Source: Desulfobacterales bacterium (GTDB lineage: Bacteria > Desulfobacterota > Desulfobacteria > Desulfobacterales > ETH-SRB1). Taken from it: a stretch of DNA of 41,703 bases. The DNA lies in NCBI GenBank assembly GCA_030611985.1, contig JAUWOS010000003.1:1-41703 (forward strand). The letters are read 5' to 3'. The notes beneath the pieces are model-generated. The model saw only the letters and a list, made by a program, of their open reading frames with translations. It was not told the DNA's origin and did no database searches. This document shows positions 19,468-28,432 of this stretch, piece by piece; position 1 is the stretch's first letter; each line of letters opens with the position of its first letter. Both the position numbers and the translations under genes were made by a program.

Positions 19468-20604
19468 TTATTGTCGCAACAATTTGCAGTACAAATCAAC
19501 AGTCTTTTCGCACATTTTTCTGGCTGTAAATTGATCCCTTACCCATCTTTGACCGTAACCGCCTAATCTATTCCTCAAATCTTTATTTGAAACCGCCTCA
19601 CATAATGCATCAGCCAGACTTTGTGCATCACGAGGCTTTACCAGCCAACCTGACTTGCGGTGCAGTACGGTTTCAAGGCTACCACCATGAGCTGAAGCAA
19701 TTACAGGCTTTCCCATGGCCTGACTTTCGACAGCTATCCGACCAAAAGCCTCAGGCTCTGAAGATGATGCAGATACAACAACATCAGACAGCAAAAAAGC
19801 TGCCGGCATATCATCGCAATGCCCCACAAACTTTACCCTTTTTTCCAGCTTCAATTGCAAAATCATTTTTTGCAAAAAATCGGTATATGCCGGATTTTCA
19901 TTAGTATCCCCTACACAAACCGCAGACCATGGCAAATGCTTAATTTTAGAAAGACTTTCTAAAAACAGATCATGCCCTTTTAATCTTGTCAGCCTTCCGG
20001 GAAGCATTATTACAGGAGATGTTGAATCTTTTAAGTTCCAGTTTCTTCTTAACGTTTCTATTCTTTTGCCGGAAACAACGTCCGGATTAAAAATCTTTTC
20101 ATCAAATCCTCTGTAAATCAGAACTATTCTGTTTTCTGAAACACCATATTTGTTTTTTATGTGATCTTCGATCGTCCTGGAAATCGCAATGACTCTTTCT
20201 CCTTTTGTCATCACTACGCTGTATCTGTTTACCGAATAAAATCCGTGAAACGTTGTAACAAGCCTCGGTCGTATTGCTTTCGGGAGACTTTTCCATGTAG
20301 CATATCCTATCCAGGCCGGCAAACGGGATCTTAGATGGAGAATATCTACCTTTTTCCGCATCAAAAAACGGCGTAGCGGAATTATATATCTGAGACACAC
20401 CGGACTCTTTTCACCGACTCGCCAACAGATGTGGACGCTTCCTTCCTTTTCGAGCTGCGGAACCATGCGCCCTCCGGCTGATATTACAATTGAGTTATGT
20501 CCATTTTTTGACAGATAGTTACCCAGCTCCAGTGTTCCGCGCTCAACGCCCCCTCCTTCAAGCTCCGGAAGTATCTGAACTACTGTAATCGGTCTGGCCA
20601 CCAT
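19468..20604 (-). CDS. Glycosyltransferase family 4
   Basis: LPELEGGGVERGT, HLRSRLPAW, TTFHGFY, PGRLTRLKG, EAFGRIAVE; ATG 20604 preferred (ORF track 20628). Confidence 0.9.
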   Translation of the reverse strand: MVARPITVVQILPELEGGGVERGTLELGNYLSKNGHNSIVISAGGRMVPQLEKEGSVHICWRVGEKSPVCLRYIIPLRRFLMRKKVDILHLRSRLPAWIGYATWKSLPKAIRPRLVTTFHGFYSVNRYSVVMTKGERVIAISRTIEDHIKNKYGVSENRIVLIYRGFDEKIFNPDVVSGKRIETLRRNWNLKDSTSPVIMLPGRLTRLKGHDLFLESLSKIKHLPWSAVCVGDTNENPAYTDFLQKMILQLKLEKRVKFVGHCDDMPAAFLLSDVVVSASSSEPEAFGRIAVESQAMGKPVIASAHGGSLETVLHRKSGWLVKPRDAQSLADALCEAVSNKDLRNRLGGYGQRWVRDQFTARKMCEKTVDLYCKLLRQ

Positions 20605-21554
20605 CTTCTTAATATCTCCCTTGCGCATCGGGAAGCCTCGTCAAGAGGCTCCACTTTAATATTCTCATTTTTTCCTGCAAGCCACATCTCATATGACGAA
20701 ATAAGTTTATTTTCAAGGAGATAATCCTCGCTTCTTTGGAACTTGCTATTCTTTTTCTTCCAATCAACAGGGAGGATACCCACGCTACATCCTGCAGTTA
20801 ATGCTTCATATATCATGGATATACTGTCTGCTGTTACCCATACAATAAAATTTTTTGCATATTCTTTTTCAATCCAGCCATCCGGCGTATCTGCCGACCT
20901 GAAAAAATCCACATTTGCATTTTGCGATGCAAGGTTCTGAAGCAAGACAATAGTTTCTTCGGGCGTTCTTGGTGAAGATGTAATTGTCCATTTTATTGAT
21001 CGCCCTTTTTCTATAATCGCTCTAATATTGGCTATAATAGCTTCGGATCTCCATTCGTGGCTCTTCTTATCCACCCCACCTACAAGAATCAACCCTTTTT
21101 TACTGTCATGTTTATCCTGAAAAACAGCCATGCCTGGCGGCCCTATAGTAAAAAAAATATTAGTGCCCGGTTTTTGCCCATCATGCTGTGGAACAAAGCA
21201 GAGATCAATTTTTTTTATCAGGAAAAAATCGGGTGTCATGCATGTAACTACCTTAGCTCCAGATTCCCGTTTTAAAAGAAGCATAGGTATATGCGTATGA
21301 GAACCGGTTCCTATGATAAGATCAACATTATTATCAGACTTTTTTTTATTTAGGAACAAAATGAAAGAGGTGATATAGGCGGCCCAGTCCCTTAAGCCAG
21401 ACTTAAAAGAGTGGCGCTGAATCCTTTTGCAGTCAACATCTATCGGGGTCATTTCTGAAAGAGCCTTTAACACTCCTTTTGTCTGCTTTTCGTGCCCCAG
21501 CCTTCCGTCAAGAAAGGCAACAATCGAAAGATATTTCATATTCTTACTCATCAT
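20580..21554 (-). CDS. ELM1/GtrOC1 family protein (GT-B-like)
   Basis: DGRLGHEKQ, DLIIGTG, VPQHD, ILVGG, SSPRTP, WVTADSISMIYEALTAG. Confidence 0.85.
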   Translation of the reverse strand: MMSKNMKYLSIVAFLDGRLGHEKQTKGVLKALSEMTPIDVDCKRIQRHSFKSGLRDWAAYITSFILFLNKKKSDNNVDLIIGTGSHTHIPMLLLKRESGAKVVTCMTPDFFLIKKIDLCFVPQHDGQKPGTNIFFTIGPPGMAVFQDKHDSKKGLILVGGVDKKSHEWRSEAIIANIRAIIEKGRSIKWTITSSPRTPEETIVLLQNLASQNANVDFFRSADTPDGWIEKEYAKNFIVWVTADSISMIYEALTAGCSVGILPVDWKKKNSKFQRSEDYLLENKLISSYEMWLAGKNENIKVEPLDEASRCAREILRRWWPDRLQ

Positions 21555-21948
21555 TCGCTTAAAAATTTGTGATTACCGGACAACCTCAGATAGTTTTAGT
21601 GTGGGTTGTCCAAAAAATAACATACTGATATGATAGTATTTTTTTGATGAATTAAACAACCAATCAACATAATGCGGTTCCTGATTGTAAAAAATTCAAC
21701 CACTATGGACTGAAAGTCCGTAGAATATATTGCAGGGCGGTTTTTATTCTTTCGTCAATTTGAAATGAAATGAGTGTAGCCAAAACAGAACATTAATAAT
21801 TGAGAAGTTGCAAATTGAATGGATAAATGTTCTATTTTGATTACACTCAAATGAAATGAAGTATAACCAAACATATCATGAATAGAAAATACAACTATAA
21901 CCGGTTTTTTATGTCAGGATGCATAAATTTTCATCAAAATATGAGCTG

Positions 21949-21984
21949 AAGGTTGGAAATAGGGTTGGAAATAGGGTTGGAAAT
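21949..21984. repeat. Three tandem 12-bp repeats A(A/G)GGTTGGAAAT
   Basis: Read directly; about 57 bp 3' of tRNA-Glu. Confidence 0.8.
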
Positions 21985-21999
21985 TGATTTTCAGGCATT

Positions 22000-22030
22000 G
22001 AAAAGGTTGCAAATTATTCATAACCCTTTG
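22000..22030 (-). terminator. Probable intrinsic terminator of tRNA-Glu
   Basis: Minus strand AAAGGGTTATGAATAATTTGCAACCTTTTC, imperfect hairpin with short U-tract. Confidence 0.4.
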
Positions 22031-22040
22031 ATTTCATTCG

Positions 22041-22116
22041 TGGTGATCCCAAGGGGAATCGAACCCCTGTTCCCGACGTGAGAGGCCGGTGTCCTAGACC
22101 GCTAGACGATGGGACC
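22041..22116 (-). tRNA. tRNA-Glu(CTC)
   Basis: GGTCCCATCGTCTAGCGGTCTAGGACACCGGCCT-CTC-ACGTCGGGAACAGGGGTTCGATTCCCCTTGGGATCACCA cloverleaf with encoded CCA. Confidence 0.97.
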
Positions 22117-22130
22117 GGTAAGCAAGGTAA

Positions 22131-22444
22131 GGAACGTGGACGAAATAACTTCCCCCCCCCAAGTAGGCGCACAGTAGGCGCACAGTAGGCGCATAGACTT
22201 GGGTCGGATTTGCCAAATTTCAAATCCGATCTCAGACCACAAAAGTTGAAGGAATAGCGAGCTATTTTGATACTTTTGGGATTTGAGACCCGCCTGCCAT
22301 GCATTAAAACAGGCATTAATTATGTTTTGTAATAACGAAGCAGCAACACTTAACTTATGCAACTTTCAGGCATTGCGGGCAAGTCGGACAAAGGCGGCCT
22401 GAAGCTGCGATGCATAGTTGGGGAAGTTATTTCGTCCACATTCC
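22131..22444 (+). mobile_element. Family A element expanded by a nested 95-bp insert (22289-22383) and an 11-bp tandem triplication
   Basis: Both TIRs intact; colinear with 7320-7499 except GTAGGCGCACA x3, a poly-C run, a short extra segment and the insert CCCGCCTGCCATGC...CAGGCATTGCGGGCAAG. Confidence 0.9.
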
Positions 22445-22453
22445 TTTACTGAG

Positions 22454-22482
22454 TGGATATAGAAAACAGGTTACTTTGTCAA
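22454..22482 (-). promoter_or_regulatory. Putative sigma70 promoter for tRNA-Glu
   Basis: TTGACA (22482-22477)-N17-TATCCA. Confidence 0.5.
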
Positions 22483-22656
22483 ACATTATTTTGATAAAAC
22501 CTTCGGGATTTTCGGCATCCTTTGAAAGAACAACCTGATGTAAAGTGATATTTTCCAACCCGCCATTGATTAAAAATGTAGGATTTGATACTGTGATTTT
22601 GGCTGCCGACATAAGGCGGGACAGTCTGTAAATTCAATTGGCAGCCTTAAAACATT

Positions 22657-22814
22657 GTAAGCGTTCACAGGCACTGCATATGCACGTTTTCAGGGCAACC
22701 AACATAGCAAATCTATAGTTGATTGCCCTGAAAACGCTCATCTACAGCACCTGTAAAAGCTTACGTGTTGGGAGGTAGCCTTATTATGCTACTGGTTCTT
22801 CCGTGAACGGTTAC
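22657..22814 (-). mobile_element. Family B MITE with 8-bp target site duplication AAAACATT
   Basis: GTAAGCGTTCACAG...CCGTGAACGGTTAC; AAAACATT at 22649-22656 and 22815-22822. Confidence 0.92.
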
Positions 22815-22827
22815 AAAACATTGTTGC

Positions 22828-22857
22828 GTAGTAAACGGCGAGGACGCCGTTTACTAC
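22828..22857. repeat. Perfect 13-bp hairpin beginning GTAG (REP-like)
   Basis: GTAGTAAACGGCG-AGGA-CGCCGTTTACTAC. Confidence 0.7.
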
Positions 22858-22935
22858 TCTTGGATTTTGTTTGATTGTAAAATTGCCGTATAGCCAAAAT
22901 AGCGGAAAGTGTTCCGTTTTAAGTTGGTAGTCCAG

Positions 22936-22949
22936 CCGTGAACGGTTAC
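22936..22949 (-). repeat. Solo family B terminal repeat
   Basis: CCGTGAACGGTTAC identical to 22801-22814. Confidence 0.7.
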
Positions 22950-22992
22950 GGGAAACTTTTATAATTTAAATTAAAAAGTGGTAGAGTTGAAT

Positions 22993-24987
22993 ATGGAGAT
23001 ACCGTTACTAAATGACATTGTAATCATATTTGGACTGGCTGTTGCTGTTCTTTTTATATGTCATTGGCTTCGTGTGCCGGCGGTTGTGGGATTCCTTCTC
23101 ACGGGGATATTCGTCGGGCCTTACGGGTTTGGTCTGGTAAAGGCAGTTCATGAAGTTGAAATTTTAGCTGAAATCGGTATTGTGCTATTGCTTTTTACCA
23201 TCGGAATTGAGTTTTCACTTGAAAGACTGCTGCAAATCAGGAAATCTGTCCTGATTGGCGGTCCGTTTCAGGTGTTGCTGACTTCTTTGGCTACTTTTTT
23301 CATAGCCAGGCAGTTTGGTCAGGCTTTTGGTGAGGCGGTTTTCATCGGATTTCTCGTAGCTCTGAGCAGTACGGCGATTGTGCTCAAACTAATTCAGGAA
23401 AGAGCTGAAGTTGATAGTCCACACGGGCGTACGACTCTTGGTATCCTGATCTTTCAGGACATTATTATTGTTCCCATGCTACTGGTCACCCCGCTATTAG
23501 CCGGCGCAACAGGGAATTTAGGTGAATCTGTCCTCATTCTTATAGTCAAGGGAATCGGTATAATACTGTTGGTGATGGTCAGCGCTAAATGGATTGTACC
23601 CCAGGCATTGTATCAAATCGCAAGAACACGCAATCAAGAAATTTTTTTATTAAGTGTGATTGCAATATGCTTCGGTATTGCATGGTTAACTTCCAGAGCA
23701 GGGCTGTCCCTTGCTCTGGGCGCATTTTTGGCAGGATTGATTATTTCCGAATCTGAATACAGCCATCAGGCGCTCGGGAATATTTTACCCTTTCGGGATG
23801 TCTTTACAAGCTTCTTTTTTGTTTCCATTGGCATGCTGCTGAACATAAGCTTCTTTTTTCAGCAACCTGGAACCATTATTCTGATTGCTTTGGGGGTTTT
23901 AGTTTTAAAATCTATCATTGCCTGTTTTGCAACGATTTTGTTGGGATTTCCTTTGCGCACTTCAATCCTGGTTGGTCTTGCACTCAGTCAGGTTGGTGAA
24001 TTTTCTTTCATTCTATCAAGGGCTGGTATTGAACATGGTTTGCTTTCCGGAAATATTTATCAGATGTTCCTGGCTTTTTCTATACTTGGCATGGCAGCGA
24101 CACCATTTATTATAGCACAGGCGCCACGAATAGCGGATATTATTCTCAGATTGCCGCTACCCAAAAAATTAATATCGGGTTTTTATCCTGTTCCAGTAGT
24201 AAAAGCTGTGTATAAAAAAGACCATCTTATTATAATCGGTTTCGGAGTAAACGGGAAAAATGTGGCGCACGCCGCCAAAGTAGCCGGTATTTCCTATGCA
24301 ATTATTGAGATGAATCCGGAAACGGTAAGAAGCGAGCAAGCAAAGGGTGAACCTGTTTATTATGGCGATGCAACTCACGAGATCGTACTTCAACATACAA
24401 ACATTAAAGAAGCGAGAATTGTTGTGGTTGCAATTAACGATCCCACAGCAACCCGTAGAATTGCTGAATGCATTCGGAGACTTAATCCAAAAATTCATTT
24501 GATCGTGCGAACTCGTTATCTCCAAGAAATGAAACCTCTATACGAATTAGGGGCCAGCGAAGTCATTCCGGAAGAATTTGAGACATCGGTGGAGATCTTT
24601 ACTCGGGTTTTGACAAAATATCTTATACCCAGAGATGAAATCGAAAGGCTGGTTGCTGAGGTGAGAGCAGATAGTTATAAGATGCTTCGAAGTCTTTCCA
24701 GTGTGTCGGCATCTTTTTCTGATTTGAAACTAGAACTTCATGATGTTGAAATCAGCACATTTCGGATCTTGCAAGAATCACCGCTTATTGGGAAAAGCCT
24801 TGCCCAAATTGAGTTAAGAGGGCGCTATGGGATTTCTGCAGTGGCAATACGACGGGACTCACAGATATTGGCCAACCCTGGCGCAAACATGGTCCTTCAA
24901 TCCAACGATGTGCTTTTTGTCCTTGGATCTTCTGAAAAAATATCAGAAGCTGTTAACGCATTTTCATCTTCAAAGAAGAAGGAATGA
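22993..24987 (+). CDS. CPA2/Kef-type monovalent cation:proton antiporter with TrkA-N and TrkA-C (RCK) domains
   Basis: LAEIGIVLLLFTIGIEFS, ALSSTAIV, ILIFQD, LGAFLAG, FFFVSIG, IIIGFGVNG, YYGDAT, VIPEEFETS. Confidence 0.92.
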   Translation: MEIPLLNDIVIIFGLAVAVLFICHWLRVPAVVGFLLTGIFVGPYGFGLVKAVHEVEILAEIGIVLLLFTIGIEFSLERLLQIRKSVLIGGPFQVLLTSLATFFIARQFGQAFGEAVFIGFLVALSSTAIVLKLIQERAEVDSPHGRTTLGILIFQDIIIVPMLLVTPLLAGATGNLGESVLILIVKGIGIILLVMVSAKWIVPQALYQIARTRNQEIFLLSVIAICFGIAWLTSRAGLSLALGAFLAGLIISESEYSHQALGNILPFRDVFTSFFFVSIGMLLNISFFFQQPGTIILIALGVLVLKSIIACFATILLGFPLRTSILVGLALSQVGEFSFILSRAGIEHGLLSGNIYQMFLAFSILGMAATPFIIAQAPRIADIILRLPLPKKLISGFYPVPVVKAVYKKDHLIIIGFGVNGKNVAHAAKVAGISYAIIEMNPETVRSEQAKGEPVYYGDATHEIVLQHTNIKEARIVVVAINDPTATRRIAECIRRLNPKIHLIVRTRYLQEMKPLYELGASEVIPEEFETSVEIFTRVLTKYLIPRDEIERLVAEVRADSYKMLRSLSSVSASFSDLKLELHDVEISTFRILQESPLIGKSLAQIELRGRYGISAVAIRRDSQILANPGANMVLQSNDVLFVLGSSEKISEAVNAFSSSKKKE

Positions 24988-25001
24988 AGGTTCATTAATT
25001 C

Positions 25002-25160
25002 ATAACCGTTCACGGGAGAACTGATAGCAAACAAGGCTTCTTCCCAACATGTAAGCTTTTACAGGTGCTGTAGATGTGCGTTTTCAGGGTAATCAACTAT
25101 ATAGTATTGCTATGTTGGTTGCCCTGAAAACGCACATATGCAGTGCCTGTGAACGCTTAC
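25002..25160 (+). mobile_element. Family B MITE with 8-bp target site duplication ATTAATTC
   Basis: ATAACCGTTCACGG...CTGTGAACGCTTAC; ATTAATTC at 24994-25001 and 25161-25168. Confidence 0.92.
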
Positions 25161-25185
25161 ATTAATTCATATTTGATATCGGTAG

Positions 25186-25208
25186 GGAATGTGGACGAAA
25201 TAACTTCC
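25186..25208 (+). repeat. Family A solo terminal repeat
   Basis: GGAATGTGGACGAAATAACTTCC, 14 bp upstream of the CDF gene ATG. Confidence 0.8.
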
Positions 25209-25222
25209 TCGGGCAGACAAAA

Positions 25223-26128
25223 ATGAATATGTCTCATGATCACAACCATACAATAAGCAATTACAATCGCGCCTTTGCCATTGGCGTTACACTCAATGTT
25301 ATTTTCGTTGCTATTGAAGCAGGCTATGGATTTGCGGCAGGATCTTTGGCCCTTATAGCAGACGCCGGACACAACTTAAGCGATGTGCTAAGTTTATTGC
25401 TTGCATGGGGCGCTGGCTTGCTGGCTGCGAAAGCTGCAACAGAAAAAAGGACATATGGTTTTCGCAAGGTAACTATAATGGCTTCTCTATCTGGCGCAAT
25501 ATTGCTGCTTATAGCGCTGGGCGGCATTACATGGGAAGCCATTGGCCGATTCTTCGATCCAAAACCGGTTGATGGGGTGATCGTTATAGTGGTTGCCACT
25601 ATTGGCGTTGTTATCAATACAATCACAGCGTTGCTTTTTGTGTCCGGCCGGAAACACGATTTGAACATCAAAAGCGCATTTCTTCATATGGCCGCCGATG
25701 CCGGTATTTCATTCGGTGTTGTTGTGGCGGGTATAATTATCATGGTTACAGGCTGGTTGTTGATTGATCCTATAATCAGTCTCCTTGTTGCAGCCGTTAT
25801 CCTCGCAGGCACCTGGTCTTTGCTTCGTGATTCGATGAATCTTGCCATAGATTCTGTTCCTGAAGGCATTGATATAAATGAAATAAAAAGATACTTAACC
25901 GGCCTTGAAAATGTTTCTCAGATACACGATCTGCACGTTTGGCCGATGAGTACAACAGAAGTTGCTTTGTCTGTTCATTTGATTATAGTTGATGATTCCT
26001 TGAATAATAATTTTCTGTTTGAACTTCAGCGGCAATTACATGACCGTTTCAGCATAGAACATTCTACAATACAGGTTGAAAAACAAAATGATGGTTACTG
26101 TGCGTTGAACAAAAACGGATGTATATAA
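25223..26128 (+). CDS. Cation diffusion facilitator (CzcD/ZitB-like Zn/Co/Cd exporter)
   Basis: His-rich N-terminus, SLALIADAGHNLSD, DLNIKSAFLHMAAD, IHDLHVW, IEHSTIQVE. Confidence 0.92.
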   Translation: MNMSHDHNHTISNYNRAFAIGVTLNVIFVAIEAGYGFAAGSLALIADAGHNLSDVLSLLLAWGAGLLAAKAATEKRTYGFRKVTIMASLSGAILLLIALGGITWEAIGRFFDPKPVDGVIVIVVATIGVVINTITALLFVSGRKHDLNIKSAFLHMAADAGISFGVVVAGIIIMVTGWLLIDPIISLLVAAVILAGTWSLLRDSMNLAIDSVPEGIDINEIKRYLTGLENVSQIHDLHVWPMSTTEVALSVHLIIVDDSLNNNFLFELQRQLHDRFSIEHSTIQVEKQNDGYCALNKNGCI

Positions 26129-26130
26129 AA

Positions 26131-26153
26131 GGAACGCTAACGAAATAACTTCC
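26131..26153 (+). repeat. Degenerate family A solo terminal repeat
   Basis: GGAACGCTAACGAAATAACTTCC two bases after the CDF stop codon. Confidence 0.65.
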
Positions 26154-26364
26154 ACTGAACCATTTTTTTATGTAAACCCTGAACCACTGAACCATTTAAC
26201 GGATACTATTCATTGAAAGGTCGCAAAAAAGTGCTATGGAATCATTCAACGCATAACTGCTTGTTGGAAATTGACGGAAAGGCGTTGCCGCGTTTTCCAT
26301 GTCTTGGCTTTATCGTTATCTGTGTATTCTCAACTATTTATTCTCTAAAAGAAAGGAAAAAATT

Positions 26365-27435
26365 ATGAAGAGTGCATTTTGTTTTATTTTGTCCATCGTA
26401 ACACTGTCAATGGTGTGCAGTTGGCCGGTTTACGCTGACCAGCAGCAGGATTGTTTTTCATCAAGTCTCCATTATACAGGCGAAGGAATGCGATATTGGT
26501 ATGAGGCTGAAGATGGATTTATGGCATTAACAGGCATTCCATATGACAAGCTTGGCTGCAAACAATGTCATTCCAAAGGCTGCAATGACTGCCACCTTAA
26601 AAAAACAAAAGAAGGTACCGGCTACTCACTGGAAATGGCTCGAAAAAATGAGACCTGTTTTAAATGCCACGTTCGAGCAAACGCTGTAGTGAAAATGGAT
26701 AAAGATCGTAACACTTTGGATGTACACACAAAAGCAGGTATGACTTGCGCTGATTGTCATACATTAAGGGAAATACATGGAGATGGAAATTCTTACAAAA
26801 CCATGAGAGACCCTGATGCCAAGGATGCTGCCTGTGTTAACTGTCATACCAGAGACTCAAAAGATTATCCTGTTGTACCAGACACCAAATCTCATATTGT
26901 CCATAAAGATAAGCTGGATTGTAGTGCCTGCCATGTTCAAAACACTATGACTTGCTATAATTGTCATTTTGGCGAATTTGCAAAGACTAAAAGCAAGCCT
27001 AAAAGTTTTGTTGGAAAAATTAAGGATTTTTTACTTTTAGTTAAATATAAAGGAAAAATTACAAGTGGTAATTTGCAAACTTTAGTTTCATCTGAAAATA
27101 AACCTTTTATTGTTTATGCTCCATATTTAACTCATTCAATAATGAGTGACGGCAGAAAGTGCGAAGAATGTCACGGGACAGAAGCAGTTAATACAATTGC
27201 TTCCGGAAAAACACATACTATGGCTGAATTTAAGGATGGTAAAATCAGTTTTTACAAAGGCATAGTTCCTTTAGCTCCTGATTTTTTGAAATGGCCATTT
27301 TTAAATAAAAAAGATGGCAAATGGGTGCCTTTTGAACCTGAACAAAAACCTCTTGTTCAGATGGGGCTTTATGCTGAACCGTTCACACAAAGTGAGCTGA
27401 ATAAGCTTAAAGTAAAGCAGATATATAAAAAATAG
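26365..27435 (+). CDS. Periplasmic multiheme cytochrome c (8 CxxCH motifs)
   Basis: Signal peptide after AAAGGA RBS (ATG 26365); CKQCH, CNDCH, CFKCH, CADCH, CVNCH, CSACH, CYNCH, CEECH. Confidence 0.9.
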   Translation: MKSAFCFILSIVTLSMVCSWPVYADQQQDCFSSSLHYTGEGMRYWYEAEDGFMALTGIPYDKLGCKQCHSKGCNDCHLKKTKEGTGYSLEMARKNETCFKCHVRANAVVKMDKDRNTLDVHTKAGMTCADCHTLREIHGDGNSYKTMRDPDAKDAACVNCHTRDSKDYPVVPDTKSHIVHKDKLDCSACHVQNTMTCYNCHFGEFAKTKSKPKSFVGKIKDFLLLVKYKGKITSGNLQTLVSSENKPFIVYAPYLTHSIMSDGRKCEECHGTEAVNTIASGKTHTMAEFKDGKISFYKGIVPLAPDFLKWPFLNKKDGKWVPFEPEQKPLVQMGLYAEPFTQSELNKLKVKQIYKK

Positions 27436-27464
27436 TTTTTTAGAAACGATAAAACGCCACATAA

Positions 27465-27494
27465 GGAACGGAAAAGTTGTTTCGTCTCCGTTCC
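27465..27494. repeat. Family A scar: both ends fused with the interior deleted
   Basis: GGAACGGA-AAAGTTGTTTCGTC-TCCGTTCC, flanked by TAA/TTA; forms a hairpin after the cytochrome gene. Confidence 0.6.
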
Positions 27495-27535
27495 TTAATT
27501 TTATGCGATTGCTCTAAATGAATTCAAAATTCTTC

Positions 27536-27564
27536 TTGACTTTTATTTTACTTTTTAATACTTA
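27536..27564 (+). promoter_or_regulatory. Putative sigma70 promoter for tRNA-Asn
   Basis: TTGACT-N17-TACTTA, ending 18 bp before the tRNA. Confidence 0.45.
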
Positions 27565-27582
27565 AAGATTTTTTTCAATTGA

Positions 27583-27658
27583 TCCCCAGTAGCTCAGTTG
27601 GCAGAGCGAGTGGCTGTTAACCACTAGGTCCGCGGTTCGAGTCCGTGCTGGGGAGCCA
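27583..27658 (+). tRNA. tRNA-Asn(GTT)
   Basis: TCCCCAGTAGCTCAGTTGGCAGAGCGAGTGGCT-GTT-AACCACTAGGTCCGCGGTTCGAGTCCGTGCTGGGGAGCCA. Confidence 0.97.
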
Positions 27659-28255
27659 GAATTCAAAAAGCTCTTTTTTCTTCGGAAAAAGGGCTTTTTC
27701 TTTTTGATGAGCAATGTTGGTTTCTGACAGCATATCAAATGGTTGTCTGTAGTTCGGCTGGAGTATCCCATCCTTCCAGGTGGAGTTCGAACACACGAAA
27801 TTTATGATTCGGCGCTTTTCCTGTTCAGTCTGTTTTTTATAAAGAACTACAGCATGTTGCGCGAGTTCGAGTAACTTCACACCCTCATCCGGATATGATC
27901 TGTTGGCTGTCTGATGTCGCTCGATTTTGCAAAAAATGTCATTCCGCTCCTTGAGAGCGGCAACGACCCAACCAAGGACATCATCATCCATTTTTATGGC
28001 GCTGATTGCCTGGCCGAACTGGCGCGCAATTTCCTCTTCCCGCACCCATTTTTCCTGGCACTTCCCTTTGTTTCCGGTACAGCGATAATAGACATACCGC
28101 TTTTTCTTTATCTCGGCTACCATGGCGCAACCGCAGTGTCCGCATGACAGCAATCCCTGAAAAGCCCAGTTGTGTTTCTGCCGGCCTGTTTTCCGGCGGC
28201 CTTTTTCGGCCATGACTTCCTGCACCCGATCAAAAATGTCTCTGGAAATAAGAGG
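27617..28255 (-). pseudogene. Large serine recombinase remnant (end of recombinase domain, zinc ribbon, shortened coiled coil)
   Basis: PLISRDIFDRVQEVM, FQGLLSCGHCGCAM, YVYYRCTGNKGKC; catalytic N-terminus missing; frame ends antisense within tRNA-Asn. Confidence 0.85.
27666..27705 (+). terminator. Intrinsic terminator after tRNA-Asn
   Basis: AAAAAGCTCTTTTTTC-TTCG-GAAAAAGGGCTTTTT followed by a T-tract. Confidence 0.6.
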
Positions 28256-28432
28256 TTAAGGTCATCTCTCCATTCAATTTGGCTAACTGGCGGAAAACAC
28301 CCTAAAGGTTAGAAGGTCGGCTTTCGGCCGCTCTTGCTCTCAAGTCGCTGAAACCCATCTCATCAAAAGACCGGTACTCCAATCGCTTGCCAACCCGGAT
28401 CTGCACAGTGTACTCATTCACAAAAGAAATAA

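Noticed and set aside
22014-22362. ORFs 22014-22316 and 22102-22362
   Set aside because: They overlap tRNA-Glu and the nested repeat; translations are repeat-derived
22427-22612. 61-aa minus-strand ORF
   Set aside because: No recognisable motif, overlaps the predicted tRNA-Glu promoter and ends inside a repeat; may be a gene relic but cannot be supported
22936-27494. Integron cassette array with A/B hairpins as attC sites
   Set aside because: No intI, no RYYYAAC...GTTRRRY core pairs, and the same repeats flank housekeeping genes; family B has transposon-type TSDs
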